Below are positions 1-14,700 of a DNA stretch of 50,153 nucleotides, in pieces (position 1 is the first letter of the stretch; every line of letters starts with the position of its first letter). A program made the position numbers and the translations under genes. A model generated the notes under the pieces. The model had not been told where the DNA came from. It searched no databases and was given only the letters and a program-made list of their open reading frames with translations. Location of the stretch: contig JNEM01008434.1 of NCBI GenBank assembly GCA_000697335.1, positions 1 through 50,153 of the forward strand, read 5' to 3'. Source of the stretch: Conidiobolus incongruus B7586 (lineage: Eukaryota).

Positions 1-1091
1 ACATTCAAGCTAGAGCACATAAACGAAGTGATTAAAGCAGATCGAATAGTGAAAATAGCTCTGTTGACCATTAAATCACCAATGAAATTACCAGCCTTGT
101 TGGTAGTAATAATTGAAATACCATAGCTGACATGCCAAAATAAATCAGTAATATTCATGATAACTGAATAAGATGCCAAAGGTAAAATGCCGAGGTATGA
201 GGCGCCTAATGCTAAAATTTCAAATGCCCACCATTCGCTACAGGTCATGATTACACTCGGAATGCCCAATTTGATGTAAGTTCTCCAACCCCTCAAGCAT
301 TTCTTAGACCATCCTCCCCAAGCCTGATATCCATCGACAAATACAACATAGGCCACACCCAAGATCAGCATTGCCCAATAAGACATAACAGTTGCTAAAG
401 GAGCTCCAATGAATCCCAAGCGAGTGGATGGGTTGGCAATTAAAATGTAGTTAGAGACAATGTGGAGAGGAAGGACAAGGATTGAGATATGACTGGGAGC
501 TTTGGTGATACCTTGAGCAAACATATATTTCTTGAGACATTCGAATATAATATATGGAGGAGCACCCAAGAGCAAAACCTTTAAAAATATACCACACATT
601 GAAGCGAGCTGAGGGTCCAAATTCAATAATAATAGTAAGGATTCAGCATGCCACCAAACGGTTCCAATAGGTACAAACATACAACAGGCGATCAAAACGC
701 CTCTCTGCAAATACACACCGACCAAATGGATATCACTTGACCCTGTAAAAGCCTGGCTACACAAAGTATCTAAGACATTGGACATACTTTGAGCCAAAGA
801 CCATCCAGTAATGGTAGCAAACATATTACTCAAGGAAGCGGCAGCCAATTCGTATTTGCCAAGGTATTGCCCAATAAAGAATACTGAGGAATAAGCGATG
901 AGGCGTTGAATAATATTGCTCACAAAAACCGGAACACTATTTTTGTAAATACTTCCAACTTCTTTCGCATAATCTTTGAATTGAAGTTGATTTAAATCAC
1001 CGATATCCTTAGGATTGGACACAGGTGAAAATAACAAAGCAGTAGTTTCATTTGGAGTAGGTTTTGCAGTAGTACGGTTAACCGCTGCCAT
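1..1091 (-). CDS. MATE family multidrug/toxin efflux transporter (3' end outside window)
   Basis: Hand translation from ATG at 1091: MAAVNRTTAKPTPNETTALL...VPVFVSNIIQRLIAYSSVFFIGQYLGKYELAAASLSNMFATITGWSLAQSMSNVLDTLCSQAFTG...EWWAFEILALGASYLG. Closely parallels the 7309..8790 protein and runs off the window edge. Confidence 0.93.
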   Translation of the reverse strand, partial: MAAVNRTTAKPTPNETTALLFSPVSNPKDIGDLNQLQFKDYAKEVGSIYKNSVPVFVSNIIQRLIAYSSVFFIGQYLGKYELAAASLSNMFATITGWSLAQSMSNVLDTLCSQAFTGSSDIHLVGVYLQRGVLIACCMFVPIGTVWWHAESLLLLLNLDPQLASMCGIFLKVLLLGAPPYIIFECLKKYMFAQGITKAPSHISILVLPLHIVSNYILIANPSTRLGFIGAPLATVMSYWAMLILGVAYVVFVDGYQAWGGWSKKCLRGWRTYIKLGIPSVIMTCSEWWAFEILALGASYLGILPLASYSVIMNITDLFWHVSYGISIITTNKAGNFIGDLMVNRAIFTIRSALITSFMCSSLN

Positions 1092-4000
1092 TGAATACGA
1101 ATGTTCAATTTCAGAAGAATAAAAATTTTCAATGAATTTCTACTGAATCGAATATTTATACCAATTTTTAGGGTAAAAAATTAATGGAATGAATTTTTCC
1201 AAGGGTGGATATTATATTCATCACATTTCACAAAACATTTGTCATCATTATTGGATTCAACTGAAAGATCAACCTAATTACACCTTCGTTTTATTCCTAT
1301 TTTTGGAATATTTTTAAATACTTCATTTTTTGACAACCTGATCTCCTAATTAATTGATTGATTTAGCCACGATGATTAATAATAATTCGAAGTAATTTTT
1401 TATAAAAGGGGTATATTTTTTATTTGATATGTTATATTTTATTCAAACAAATATTATACTTATATCTATTTTTATTTGATGAAATTATATGACTATAATA
1501 TTTAAAAATTTTAAATTTAGTTCATCAGTTTAAAAATTTGATAAAATACATATACAAAGCTACGCCTAATGAGTTATATAATTTAAATATTTATAATGTT
1601 ACGAAATAATATGTTGATTATAAATATAATATATTTATATTCATGAGATTACTTAATGTGATAAAAATGATTGTAAAAGATGCCATATCATTCATTGATA
1701 TTCTTATCATTTAACCGTTAAATGATTTTCACTTATATTATATTAATAATTGATGAATTTTTAAATTGAATATTGTGGTTTATTGAAAAAGAAATATGCA
1801 ATTAACTTTGATGTATCATTATATATCTTAAAGTTTATCTTCATATTTTAATCACATCCATTATATATTATTATAATATTTTATATATTGAATCGTACGA
1901 CAGACAACTCAGACTATACAATACTTTGAATTTTTTTAAAGGATTCAAACTTTTAACTCTATTTAGAAATTTGATATTTTGTATTTCCTAAACTATCACA
2001 TTTATTTGTTATGAGAAAATTTGAACAATCAAAGATAAATTGGTTTAATATATTTTTCGGCTTCAAATTTGTGATAACTATAAAATTCATATTTTAGACT
2101 ACTGTTTTATTAATATGTGATATATATAATGAAATATACATAGTTTATTGATCAAAAGTAAGAAATATTATTACTATATATCTAGCACTATAATTAAAAG
2201 TTTGGTGTTACCCTCCTAGGTTATCCTTGAGATTATATGATAAAATACCCATAGTTAACCCAACAGGGTTTATTCTTTTAGTTACACTATTCTTAATATA
2301 TGTTCAATAATTAGTTTTTATTGATAAAAATAATTTGTTTTGATATTCCATAGTCTGGTGATTATAAGTGTAATTTTCATCTAATAACCTTATCAATTAT
2401 TAAAAAATTGTTTGTTCATAAATTTCTATATATCAGTATTATTACTCGGGATGTTTTCAGTATTAATGCATATGTTATTAAAATGAATTCTTGATAATTT
2501 ATAATTATCTAAATTTAAATCTACATATTCAAAAGAAAAATATTAAAATATGTTATATAATATTTACTTTTCCATAAAATCATAATAATTAATTTATCAA
2601 TTGATTGGTAATTTGAAATTTAAAAATTATCAAGTTTAAAATACCTTAAATAAATATATTGTTTAAGTTTTTTAAAAAATTTACAATAAAATTATATCAC
2701 TTGATCTAATTTTTGAAATATGAATGTAATAATAATAGATATATTTTAATTATACATAAATCTGGGTTATTCTTAATTAAAATATATAATTTTCAGATCT
2801 TTAATCCAATAACAAAACTAATTAAATATTTAATTTTAACATAAATTAGCTAATAATTTAATAAATCAATATATATAATTTTCTCCTATAATTGCTATTT
2901 TAATTTCTAAGTTTTAAAAACAAATTTTGAAGTTAGATATAAAATATATTTGAATCTATCATTTCTAAGTAGTTTTTTAATATTGATGGAAAATTAGTTC
3001 AAAATATGTTTATGTAAATTATTTTTGAATTATATAATTATATATAAATAAACATAATTAATCTAGATTATCCAATCAATATATATAACATATATTATAA
3101 TTTTAATATAATAGGAAAATAAGGGTTTATTAAAATTATGATAATAAATAATCAATATCAGAAATCTATTAATATTTGTTTAGATAGAACTTTATTGACT
3201 AATAATATTATCTTAGAATCAAAAAATGGGAAATTTTTTGATTTTCAATTTCTCTAACATATTATTAATTTCAGAAATAGATATATATATTATTTTCATT
3301 AAAAAATTAATTTTAAAAATTTATTATTTAATCCTAGTTAAAATATAAAATAATCTTTAAATCTTTAATTTTAGTTTTAATAAAATTTAATCAAAAATAT
3401 TTTAAAAATATTTAGATTTTATAAACTTTTTTAAAGTTGATGCTTTATTTAAATCAATTATTTATTATTCAGTGAATTATCTTAAAGCTAAAAGAAAAAT
3501 TATTAAAAATTTATTAAAATCAAAAATACTAATTATAATTGTTATATCTTTAGTTATTAATAAAATAAAAATATATTAAAAAATATCTTTTTATTTTAGT
3601 TAAAAATATATCAGAATATTTTAATATTAGTTATATAAATATATTATATATATTGAATTTTAAATTTATATTAATTAATATCAATTAAAATAGGTATTTT
3701 ATAATTTAACTAAAACTCAAAAAACTAAAGTAACTTTAGCTAAACAAAACTTATCAAACTATAACCAAAAACCAACACTATTATATTAAATCTTTCAAAT
3801 TCATAATTATAAATCCTTTTGTATGATGTTTTATTAAAATATAAATCAAAATAATCCCTTTTATAAATTTTAAAAAAAATTTTACTATTCAGTAAATATT
3901 AAAAATTATAGCAATTTTGATATATTATATTATTATTAATTAATCTTTATAAGAAAATTAATTAATAACTGTTATATAGCTTTAAATTAGTTTTTTTTAA

Positions 4001-7000
4001 TGATTTGCTTAATATAATTTTGAAGTACTTATTATTTTATATAATAATTGTAAAGTATATTAAATTAAAATATAAAAAGTTTTTGAATTAAAAAAAATTA
4101 AAAAATAAGCTATCATATCTAGTATATTAATTCAATTATAACTTATATAACTATAATTGCTTTAATCAATTAAAAAATTAATTTATAAGAAAAAATTTTG
4201 TTTAAAATTTAATTAATTAATCAAATATTAAATTTTAGCCTTTAATGAAAAAGCTATGTTTTATATTTTACAAGTTTATTAAAAATATGGCAAAAAGTTA
4301 TTAGTAATAAAGAAGAGTATTGATTTTATAATATAAATTTATTTTTGTAATTTATATATTAAAATCTCTTTTTATTAACAATCTCAAAAAATTCTTTTTA
4401 TTTAAAATACAAAGTAATAATAATAAATAAATAACCATTAATAATAATTATATATATTAGAAAAATAGCTATATATTTTATTTGTATTGCCTAATAATAA
4501 TATTTATTTATATTTATCTTTTATTTTATCTGATTTTTTTAAAATTTCTTATATATATTTTTGATTTTATTATATAATAACACCAATTACTATCAATTAA
4601 CTATTATATTAATATTGATATTACATAAGAAAATTTTATCATAATGATTTTTATATAAATTCATTTGATTGTCATTAATATTTGTTTATATATTATATAA
4701 TGATATTGATATAAATATGTATATTTATTAATAATAAAACTAAACATTTAATAAAAATCTTTTCAATCAACGTCATATATATTAATATATTGGTATTAGG
4801 TAAATATTATTTTAATAATGAATATAGGAAGGTTATTAGAAATGATATCATATTAAATAGACAATAAATATTCTAAATTAATGCAGCTTAAGTTTGGTAT
4901 CCTGAAAATATGCATTTTATCATGTTTGATCTTTGAATTATGGTCGCTGTATTTAATAATAATGAGCCAAATAGGCATAATTAAATTTGATAACATTATT
5001 TGCTACATTAATATATTTTTATTTTATTAATTTAATAATAAAAATTGAAAATTAAATTTTTGAATGAAATTCGAGTTATTTGAATTGGCAATTATATATA
5101 AATAATTATTCACACCTCATTAAATTTACTATTCAAATTCTATAAATTACTAAAGCTACATTTAATATTATATTCAACGTTAATAGAAGATATAGTTTAT
5201 TGTCTGTCTTTTGCGCTATTAATGATAAATTTAAAATATTTGATAATTTAAACAAATTAGTTGTTAATGCCATTCATGCAATAAATATTAAGAATATTGT
5301 GTCTGTAGGATTCCTTTTTCGTATATTAGATTTACATTCTTATTTATATTTCAAATATATTTGATAGGTTATAATTTCAATATAAACTGTACCTTTTACT
5401 CCAAGCTCAAGTTCTCAAATTTATTTCTTATTATCAAACCCAAATTACAATTAACTCCCTTAAAATACTATTCTATCCAATAGATTTGAGATATCAAATT
5501 AAAGTTTTTTCTCAATATGTAAAAAGTTAATTTATTAATAAATTGATGTAATTATCGCTAATAATATATATATATATATAACATTGATTTATTTTCAAGA
5601 ATAAAATTAAAAAAATTACTAAGTAAAATATTAAAATTTAAACTGCAATTTACTACTACTTTTGAACATCTTAAACTTGACCTTAATATTCACCATAATG
5701 CAATAACACACATTAACCTTAATTGCTAATACACACAAACACTCTAACTCTCATCTTGGCCTTCATCTTTATTATCACCCCTATACATTATTACATATAT
5801 CATCTTATCCTTGACAAAATAATATATTATTTAATATTTATTTTTAATTAATCAAATATAGAACCCTATTTGAATTTACATTGAACTAAATTATCTATAG
5901 TATATTAATAATTTTCATAATGGTATTGAATATAATAAAAAATTATGCAAAACAATTTGAAAATTATTGTAACAATAAGTGATTTAGGTTCAAAAATAAA
6001 AATGATTTCCTCTAATTCTTTGAAATTATCTCATATAAATTCTTTCTTTATTCGAACATTCTGTATTTACAGTTATGATTCTTTGGTTATCATGAAATTA
6101 ATTTTTCTTATAACGTTTTATTTTAATGTTAAAATAAATGTAATTCATTAAAAATATCAACCTTCAGTTAATCAAGTATTATTTATCATATTATAATTAA
6201 TATTAATCAGTATACTTATATCATCTGGTAAAATCAAAGGTTCTATTAAGTGATGTTATCCAAATTAAAGTAAGATTTCAAAACATCAGTTGAAGAGAAT
6301 GGTTAAGAATGGTATATATATTGAAAAACATTAATATTTTTTACAGATTATAAATTCATCATCACACTTTTTACAAAACATTTCACTATCAAGACATAAT
6401 ATAATCAAAATATATTTATCATCTACCAATAGGTTTAAGTAAAATAAATTTTGATAGAATATAATAGTCAAGATACTGTTTTTATATAAATCCAAACAAT
6501 AAATCATTAATCTTGTAACCTAGAAAAAAAATTTCATGTTTTATTATTAAGTTGATTTTATTTAATTTGAAATAGCCCAAAATAAATGAATAGCTCAATA
6601 TATCATATATTGGTATTTTGAAAAATTTTACCATAGGGAAATTGATAGATTAAATTTAAAATAATATTATATATTTGTAAAAAATTTAATATATACAATA
6701 GCCAAGAACAGATTTTGCTGTTATATTTGAAAATTATAATTTTTTATAATATCAAGTTTTAATGATTCATGAAAGAATCTTTCTGAATCAAATGATTTTT
6801 GGGTAATAATATGATTATTCAACAAAAAAAAATTCAATAATTCTCAATTAAAAATTTTATTAATTTGATTGATTTTTTATTTGGAAATTAAGGAGTTATA
6901 TTATTGAATATAATTCAAAGTTAAATCACTCTCCCCAACAAATTAATTATAATTTATACTAAATTTAATTTTAAAATGGATTATAAAATATAAAATAACT

Positions 7001-7308
7001 CAAACTGTTGAATATTGTGCTATCATTTGACTTGGTGTTATAATGATTAAACAGTTTTGAAATTAAACAATTTTTATCTTGTTTGGAAAATTTATTAAAT
7101 CCCTGCATTTTAAGATTGTAATGGAAGTGGAAGATATTTCAATGAATAAATACTTGTTATTCAATTTAATTTAACTTTGAACTGAAAAAGAATTTTTATA
7201 GTAAACTATAGAAAAAAGTAATAAAAAGGATATCAAGTAAAAGTTTTATTTTGTATGATGTATGATTGGAGTTTTAATTTAAATACAATGCGATTATTAT
7301 TTTTGTTA

Positions 7309-8790
7309 TTAAATATGTTCTAAAGACTCGTTATTTAATCTTGATTGACAATCTTCTACCAATTTTTTCCAGTTGGATTTTAATACGACTGCTGACATAG
7401 AAGTACCTGTACAGAATAAAGTGGCAATGATACCATAATACAAACCGTAAATGCCAAAGCCACCCTTGAATGCTAATCCAAATCCAACTGGAATGGATAT
7501 ACCGTAGTAGAAAACAAAGTTGACAATGGCACCAACATTGGGACGCCCTTGTCCTCTAACAACTCCTGAAGCGACAGTGGTCAAGCTATCGAAAATTTGA
7601 TAAGAAGCGATGTAGGGGACTAAAGAGGCTGCAAGTTCCAAAACTTCCTGATCATTAGTGAAAATACCAGCTAATTCGCGAGCGAAGTATAAAAGACTCC
7701 AAGTGTTGAAGATAGCAAACATAACAGAAATGATGAGAGAACATCTAACAACGAAGGCACCGCGATTGGGCATAGCATCACCAATGCAGTTACCCACAAC
7801 GTTACTAGCAATGACGGAAATACCATGATATACGAAATAGTAGACATTGCTGACTGAGATGAGTACAGAGAAAGAAGCTAAAGGAACAATACCCAAATAG
7901 GAAGCACCAAGAGCTAAAATTTCAAAGGCCCACCATTCAGCACAAGCCATGATAATGTTAGGAATACCAAGCTTGATAAATATTCCCCAACCTTCGAGAG
8001 ATTTTCTTGACCATCCACCCCAAGCCTTGTAACCTTCAATAAATGTGACATAGGTTAAACTTAAGATCAACATCATCCAATTGCTTAGTACAGTGGCCAA
8101 AGGAGCACCAACAAATCCAATGGAAGTGGTAGGATTAGCGACGAGGATATAGTTGAAGAGGATATGGAATGGGATGACAATGATGACAATATAAGTGGGG
8201 GCTTTGACAATACCTTGAGCAAACATATATTTCTTAATACACTCGAATACAATGAAGGGGATAGCCCCAAAAATCAAAACCTGAAGGAATTGGCCACTCA
8301 TCTTAGAGAGCAAAGGATCTAAATCAAGGAGTAATAAAAAGTATTCAGCGCGATACCAGACATAACCAATAGGAATAAACATGGCTGATGTGATTAAAAT
8401 CCCTCTCTGAAGATAGATACCGACCAAATGAACATCGTCAGCACCGGTGAAAGCTTGACTGCATAGCGTGTCGAGAACCCCAGCCATACTTTGAGCAAGT
8501 GACCATCCAGTGATGGCTGCAAACATGTTACTCAAAGAAGCGGCTGCTAATTCAGTCTTACCAAGATATTGACCAATGAAGAAGATGGATGAAAAGGTGA
8601 TTAATCTTTGAATAACGAAACTGAGAATGACAGGAACACTGAGCTTGAAGAGCTGCGTGCATTGGTTGACATAATCTGAAAAGGTAATGGATTCGGCATT
8701 GAGAATATCCTTACTAGCTGTAGCGTTTACTGGTAAGAGAGGTGAACGTTCTGAAAGCACTCTGTTAGAATCAATATTTTGCTCTGTCAT
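7309..8790 (-). CDS. MATE family efflux transporter (yeast Erc1-like), 493 aa, intronless
   Basis: Hydrophobic multi-pass ORF with MATE motifs LDTLCSQAF, EWWAFE and GVVRGQGRP. Confidence 0.95.
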   Translation of the reverse strand: MTEQNIDSNRVLSERSPLLPVNATASKDILNAESITFSDYVNQCTQLFKLSVPVILSFVIQRLITFSSIFFIGQYLGKTELAAASLSNMFAAITGWSLAQSMAGVLDTLCSQAFTGADDVHLVGIYLQRGILITSAMFIPIGYVWYRAEYFLLLLDLDPLLSKMSGQFLQVLIFGAIPFIVFECIKKYMFAQGIVKAPTYIVIIVIPFHILFNYILVANPTTSIGFVGAPLATVLSNWMMLILSLTYVTFIEGYKAWGGWSRKSLEGWGIFIKLGIPNIIMACAEWWAFEILALGASYLGIVPLASFSVLISVSNVYYFVYHGISVIASNVVGNCIGDAMPNRGAFVVRCSLIISVMFAIFNTWSLLYFARELAGIFTNDQEVLELAASLVPYIASYQIFDSLTTVASGVVRGQGRPNVGAIVNFVFYYGISIPVGFGLAFKGGFGIYGLYYGIIATLFCTGTSMSAVVLKSNWKKLVEDCQSRLNNESLEHI

Positions 8791-11700
8791 TATTTATATT
8801 GTAAAGATATGTGGTTAGTATGAAGAAACAGTTTTACTATTATATGCTGAAACAAATAATTATATCTATGTATGCTTTTTTTAATAGTATTGTGATTCTT
8901 TAAAATGAGAATTGAGGATGCTAACATATTTATATACCAAACACCAAGATCAAACTGGTTTTAACAACCTTTTTGAAAAATATGATAGTTTAATGATTAA
9001 AATTGTATGTTGAGTATATCAAGTGAATACATATCAATATTTATGGAGACTATTTTCTCATGATTTTTCTAAAAACTCCCATGTACTAAAAATGAGAATT
9101 TGCTCCAATTTTTTAGATAAAACTGAATTTATTAAGTATAATTTCATAGTTTTCAATTCAAAAGATGATAATAATAACCGAAAAGATACAACTTAGATAA
9201 AATTCATTTACCATTTAAATGGGGTATACCAATTAAAGGGTCGCTTGCTCAGAATGTGACAGAGTGTGCATTGATTTGACTTGTATTTTATTTTTGAAAA
9301 AGAAGCCATTGGAAATGCTTGCAAAGGCTACGAAACCAGTACTTTTAGTTGACAAAATAGTATTGACAGAAATGTTGCTGCAAAAGTAAGACAATCTGAC
9401 ATGTTCACATCAAGCTCTAGCATCGGTTCATCATACTCCCGCAATCCAAAATCTATAAAATCCACCGATTCTGCTTTGGATCACAATTTCAGCACTCATA
9501 AATTTTATATTAAAATTTATCCACTTCTCTTGCAATTATTGATTCGGATCAAATTCTCTACTATTATTTTTAATATTATGTCCCAATCGGAATAACCATT
9601 TTTCATAAACTTAATAAACAAATAATATTGAATCAAGTTGAGTTTTTCTTTCAAATGTCATTCTATATATGTTTAGATTAAATATGTTGAACCTCCATAA
9701 GTCATAGGTTCTGATATCCAAATAATATGACATTTGAATCATGTATTTATAGTTCTTAAAGAATATTATTAGTAAACACATTTTTAGTAGTCTCAATTAA
9801 TGATTAATTTATGAATGGCAAGAGAATTTGAGATGAAAGAGTAAAATGAAAACATAGTCATTGAAAATTTTTGATTTTCAATTATAATGTGTTACAGTAA
9901 ATGGATGTTTTTTAAACCATAATTATTCAATAATTATCCTTAGAAATGTGAACTACAAATATATTTTGTATGAAAAACTTACCTTTTCTTTAGCTAAATT
10001 AGTTATATTAGTATTGTATAATTTGGATAATTATTTCAAATTGAAAAATAAATAGTAATAGAGTATTTACTATTAAATATTCATGATATCATAATATAGT
10101 AATATTAAAAATCTGAACTAAAATGTAATGATGATCAATATTATTATTGAACCATATAAAACATCACTTTAAATTTCCAATTCCAAATTAATCAACTTTA
10201 AATTATTTCAATTGTCCCGCAACTAGAAAATTTTACCAGAATTTTCAATTTGTAATCTTTAAATTTTCAAGCAATGCTAATATAATGGATAAGTGACGAA
10301 ATCACAACAGGATGGATATAATTATTAGTTTATGATTATAATTTTATCAATGCGAAAATAAGTTCTTTATTTGCCTCTTTAAGTAACTAATTGATACTTA
10401 TTATTGCAAACATTACAAAATAAGTCAATTGCTGTTTTAGGGATTGTGATCAAGTTCATTGTTGAAATCTGCTGACATTGATCAAGATTTCTTTCCCAAT
10501 ATTAATATCTTTTTATTATTTATTACTGGAAATTACAAGCATAGGTTGTACTATTGAAATTATACAAATTTTAAAGAAAAATAGTCTCTAAAAAGAAGAT
10601 TAATAAATTTCTATATTGTATCGGTACCAAATAAGCTACAGTAGATCTTCAATCCAATTAAATCTAAATATGTATTACATGACATATCTAAAGTTATAAA
10701 GTTTTACAAAGTTTTCATCCATTTAGTGACTTAGCAGTCTGAATTTTATGGAGTCATCAATATTTATAACATAGCATTGTATTACCAAATTCTAGAAAGT
10801 TTCCCATGCTATATACAAATTATCAATTCAACTAAACTAAATTAAATTAAAATATATAAAAGTATATCAAAGTTTATTCTTTAATTAATTACCTTTACTC
10901 ACAATATTCGACTTTATCAATATTGCATCGTGTTTTTCCTATTCAAAGTTCTGATTTGACTTAATCAATCGAACCTCGTTTCATTCAAAGTGATTTAGGG
11001 TAAACTTGAAAGAAATTTTCAAATTAATTAAATATAATATGGTACTTAAGATTTGATTCTAATTATATTATATAAATGGATCTTTTCAAATTAAATTTAG
11101 GTATTTTCATATTGATCCTTTATTAAATTTGTAATATTGTTGGGTTTATTAATTAAAATATAATTTAAGTGCTATTTTTATTAACTATGAAGATTTATGT
11201 TAAAGATAAAATATATCCTGGTATATTGATGTGTTGAGTTAAATATTACTTTAATAATGAATTTTTTATTCTAATTGATATTATATTTAAGTCAATAGTA
11301 GGTCTTTATTTAGCTATATGGATACCTTATATTAGTAAGCGATGTCCGAGGTAAGTAAAATTACTTGAACATCACACAATCGGGACATTTTATCACTAAT
11401 TTTTTGAAGGAGTTTTTTCTCACTTACCATCAAAACTCATTCTCACTCCATTTAAATTTTGCTTGGATTAGTGCATAAACCATATCTATCAGGTTTTCCA
11501 GTGATTACATCTAATTTTTGCTAAAATTCAAATCTAATCAGTCTTTACTCCTATTACCACAACATTGTCATTCAAATATTTTAATCAATATTTAATATTC
11601 ACTATTCTTTCAAAAGGAATGACAAGATTAGAATCCGTAAACCAACTTGAAGAATCATTACACCCATTATTTCATATATGGATTGCTTTAAACATAAAAA

Positions 11701-14700
11701 TTGATTTAATTTAATTTTCTGAATATAATTGAAATGATATAAGTTTTATTTGCTTTTATTAAGGACTATCTCATAAACTTTATTTATTTTAAATATTAAT
11801 ATATTCAAAAAAGGAGGCACTAAAATTTGAGATATTTTTTAATAGATTTAGATTTAGATTTAGACAAGTAGAAATTAACAAATATAACAATTATAATCAC
11901 TCAAGGATTACTATAAAAATAGCAATATTATAATTGACAATATAAAAGTGATAAAAATATCTTTGAATAATATTTACGGATAATTTATCAGTGTTAAGAT
12001 TAATTTACAGAATCATAATTAGATATTTTAACAATGTTGAAATATTCTTAAATTTGATTAATATCAACATAAATTTCTATAAGTTTTTATACACTAATAT
12101 GTTTACCATTAAAGCTGTCAAAAAATCTATTACTAATCAAGGATTCAGTTCATTGATCAAAAATCCTTTGAAATACCTTGTGAATTTCTCTTAGATTTAA
12201 CTTTAAAATAATCATATGAAATTTATTAAAAAATGAATATCAAGTATTTATTCAGTATATATATATATATCATAATGGTGAATAATGAACAAATAGTCAT
12301 TGATCAAATATTCTCTACACCTTCATTCATCATTTTGAATGCAGTTTTAATAATAATAACAATATCATACTCTATATTATTCTAAGAAGTATATTCGGAA
12401 TTATTGGTACAATAACTTAATAATAGTATAGACTTACAACCATTTTCTAGAAATTTGACCATATATTGTTTTAAAATTCAAAATTCCTTGAGTGATTTAC
12501 TATGGTAACAATATATCTAAAACGGAGAATGATAATTTAAGCGTAAATATATAAATTTTGTTGTTTGTAGGTAGATAGTAATAATTTTATAAATTTTAAT
12601 ATTGTAATATATTGAAATATATTCATCCAAAAGGATCTTAGAATGAACAAGCATCATACGATTTCATATATTTACCGTATTGTGCAATACTAATAACCTA
12701 TCAAGTAATTTATAGAGTGTATAGTATATCCTTCGGATAAATATATTTGTCTGGATTTTTTACACTTATGTACAATAAATAAGAAATAAAAATTTGATAA
12801 TTCTCGATCTATAAAATTTGAATTATCATATGAATGTAAAAAATTTAATGTTATATTAAATTTCATATATTGCATTTATAGTATAAAAATGTATTTGATT
12901 TAGGTTTTGATATAATAAGAATTAACACCAAAATTAAATTCACATTAAATCAAAAACAAGGTTTTTGATGTATATCTTCAAAATCTATATTAGATATATA
13001 TTTATATATCTAATATAAATTAATACATAGATAATATGAACATGAATTTGAGTATTTTTATCAATTATTTTCAACAAATATAACTTATATTAATAACTTT
13101 TTTTCTGGTTAAAATGGTCAAAATTACTTCATAAACCAGAATATACCTATTTTATTGATAATAATATATTGTAAAAACGGGTATATATTCTCTATAAATA
13201 ACAAAAATATCAAATTTTGATAATTGAATTCTTTTTAGTTAATCATTATATTTACTTATCCATAGTTATGATGACACAGAAAGTGAAAACCTTTATTTCA
13301 ATTTAAAGATTTGAAAAAGTAAATCTCAAACAAATTAATACTAAATATTAAAATAATAAAAATTAATATTTTAATGATATTAAAATAAATTATAAGTTTT
13401 GAATGATTCATTTAAAAATTTTATAAATATTAAATAAAAATCTTTAAATTTTATCAAATGTTTAAAAAATCTATTGTTTTAATGAACAAATGATAAATTA
13501 ATTTAAGGCTAAAATTGCAATAAGCTTAATTATAATTATTAATTACTATGTAACTACTGTTGATATATCGATGGTTTATAAGCATACTTAACTCAATTGA
13601 AGTTTTGGAATTCTAAATATTTATTGAATTTCAACATCAATTGTATTAATCAAGTATTATATTTAATAATCTGAAAGTGTTATTTACAAAAATAAAAACA
13701 TTTATGTTAAATTGATATTATCATAATAAGATTATATCTTTAAACATAATATAATATTTTATTGGCAACATACAATCATATATTAGATGAAAAATTCAAG
13801 TTTTCAAATAACGGTCATTACTTCAAGTGTGTAGAATTTATAAGAATAATTGGTATTTACAAACAATGTAATATTCTATTTGTCCTTTCCTAAATATCAC
13901 ACTTCGATATTTCAATATAAAATTTACTAAGCCTTCAAGCGCTAACTTTTAAATAATTCTTGAATGAACCAATTATAAATTTGAAAGTATTCAAAAGTTG
14001 AAATTTTCCTTAATCAAACGTAAATGACAAAAATCACATAAAAAGATAAAAAATTTAATATTCAAAGACTTATTTTATAAAATAAGTTAATTATATGTAC
14101 AAGATATATTGAATTAAAGCATTATTAATGAGTAAACTATAATTTGATTTAACTATTATAGTTGTAAAATAATTTTCAATTACCAATAATACATTATATT
14201 GATTATAGAATAAAAATATTTTGTAATAATTTTACTTACTAAAACATCAATATGTTTATGTTTATTATTATCATTATACTAAAATATAATATCAAGCAAT
14301 GAGCTCAGATTTAAATTAATATAATATCAGTTCAAATAAGATAATGCTAACTTGGTTTTATTTTGCAATAACAATAATATATCAAATTATTCTGCTGTTC
14401 TAAAATTTTAGAAGATATTAATTTTTAATTTTATTAAAATAGCCCTAATCAAAATTTATTTTGTATAAGATTCTTCATAATATTTAACTTGCAACAAATC
14501 TAGATAAAAAGTACAGAAAATTATATAATCACATTAATAAATATGTGGTTTTTTTAGTGTAGAAAATTAAAACACAAAAAAATTTAATGTTAAACTTGAT
14601 TAACTGTTAATATAAATTAATCAACTTAAAATGTTTCTATTAATTATATTTTTTAGTAAAATAACTCATTATTAATCAAATATTATTATTAATATTAATA

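Noticed and set aside
5945..6151. Short ORFs in AT-rich DNA (also 9401-9595, 9611-9796, 11991-12194, 12690-12875)
   Set aside because: Compositions dominated by residues from AT-rich codons (I/N/K/F/L/S), several non-ATG starts and no motifs; expected by chance.
8085..8270. Alternative-frame or antisense ORFs inside real genes (also 23502-23693, 24397-24579, 37956-38243, 42581-42784)
   Set aside because: Shadows of well-supported CDSs with no independent evidence.
12986..13017. Perfect 15-bp inverted repeat with a 2-nt spacer
   Set aside because: Almost entirely A/T with TA runs, so likely chance or slippage; no TSD or element body.
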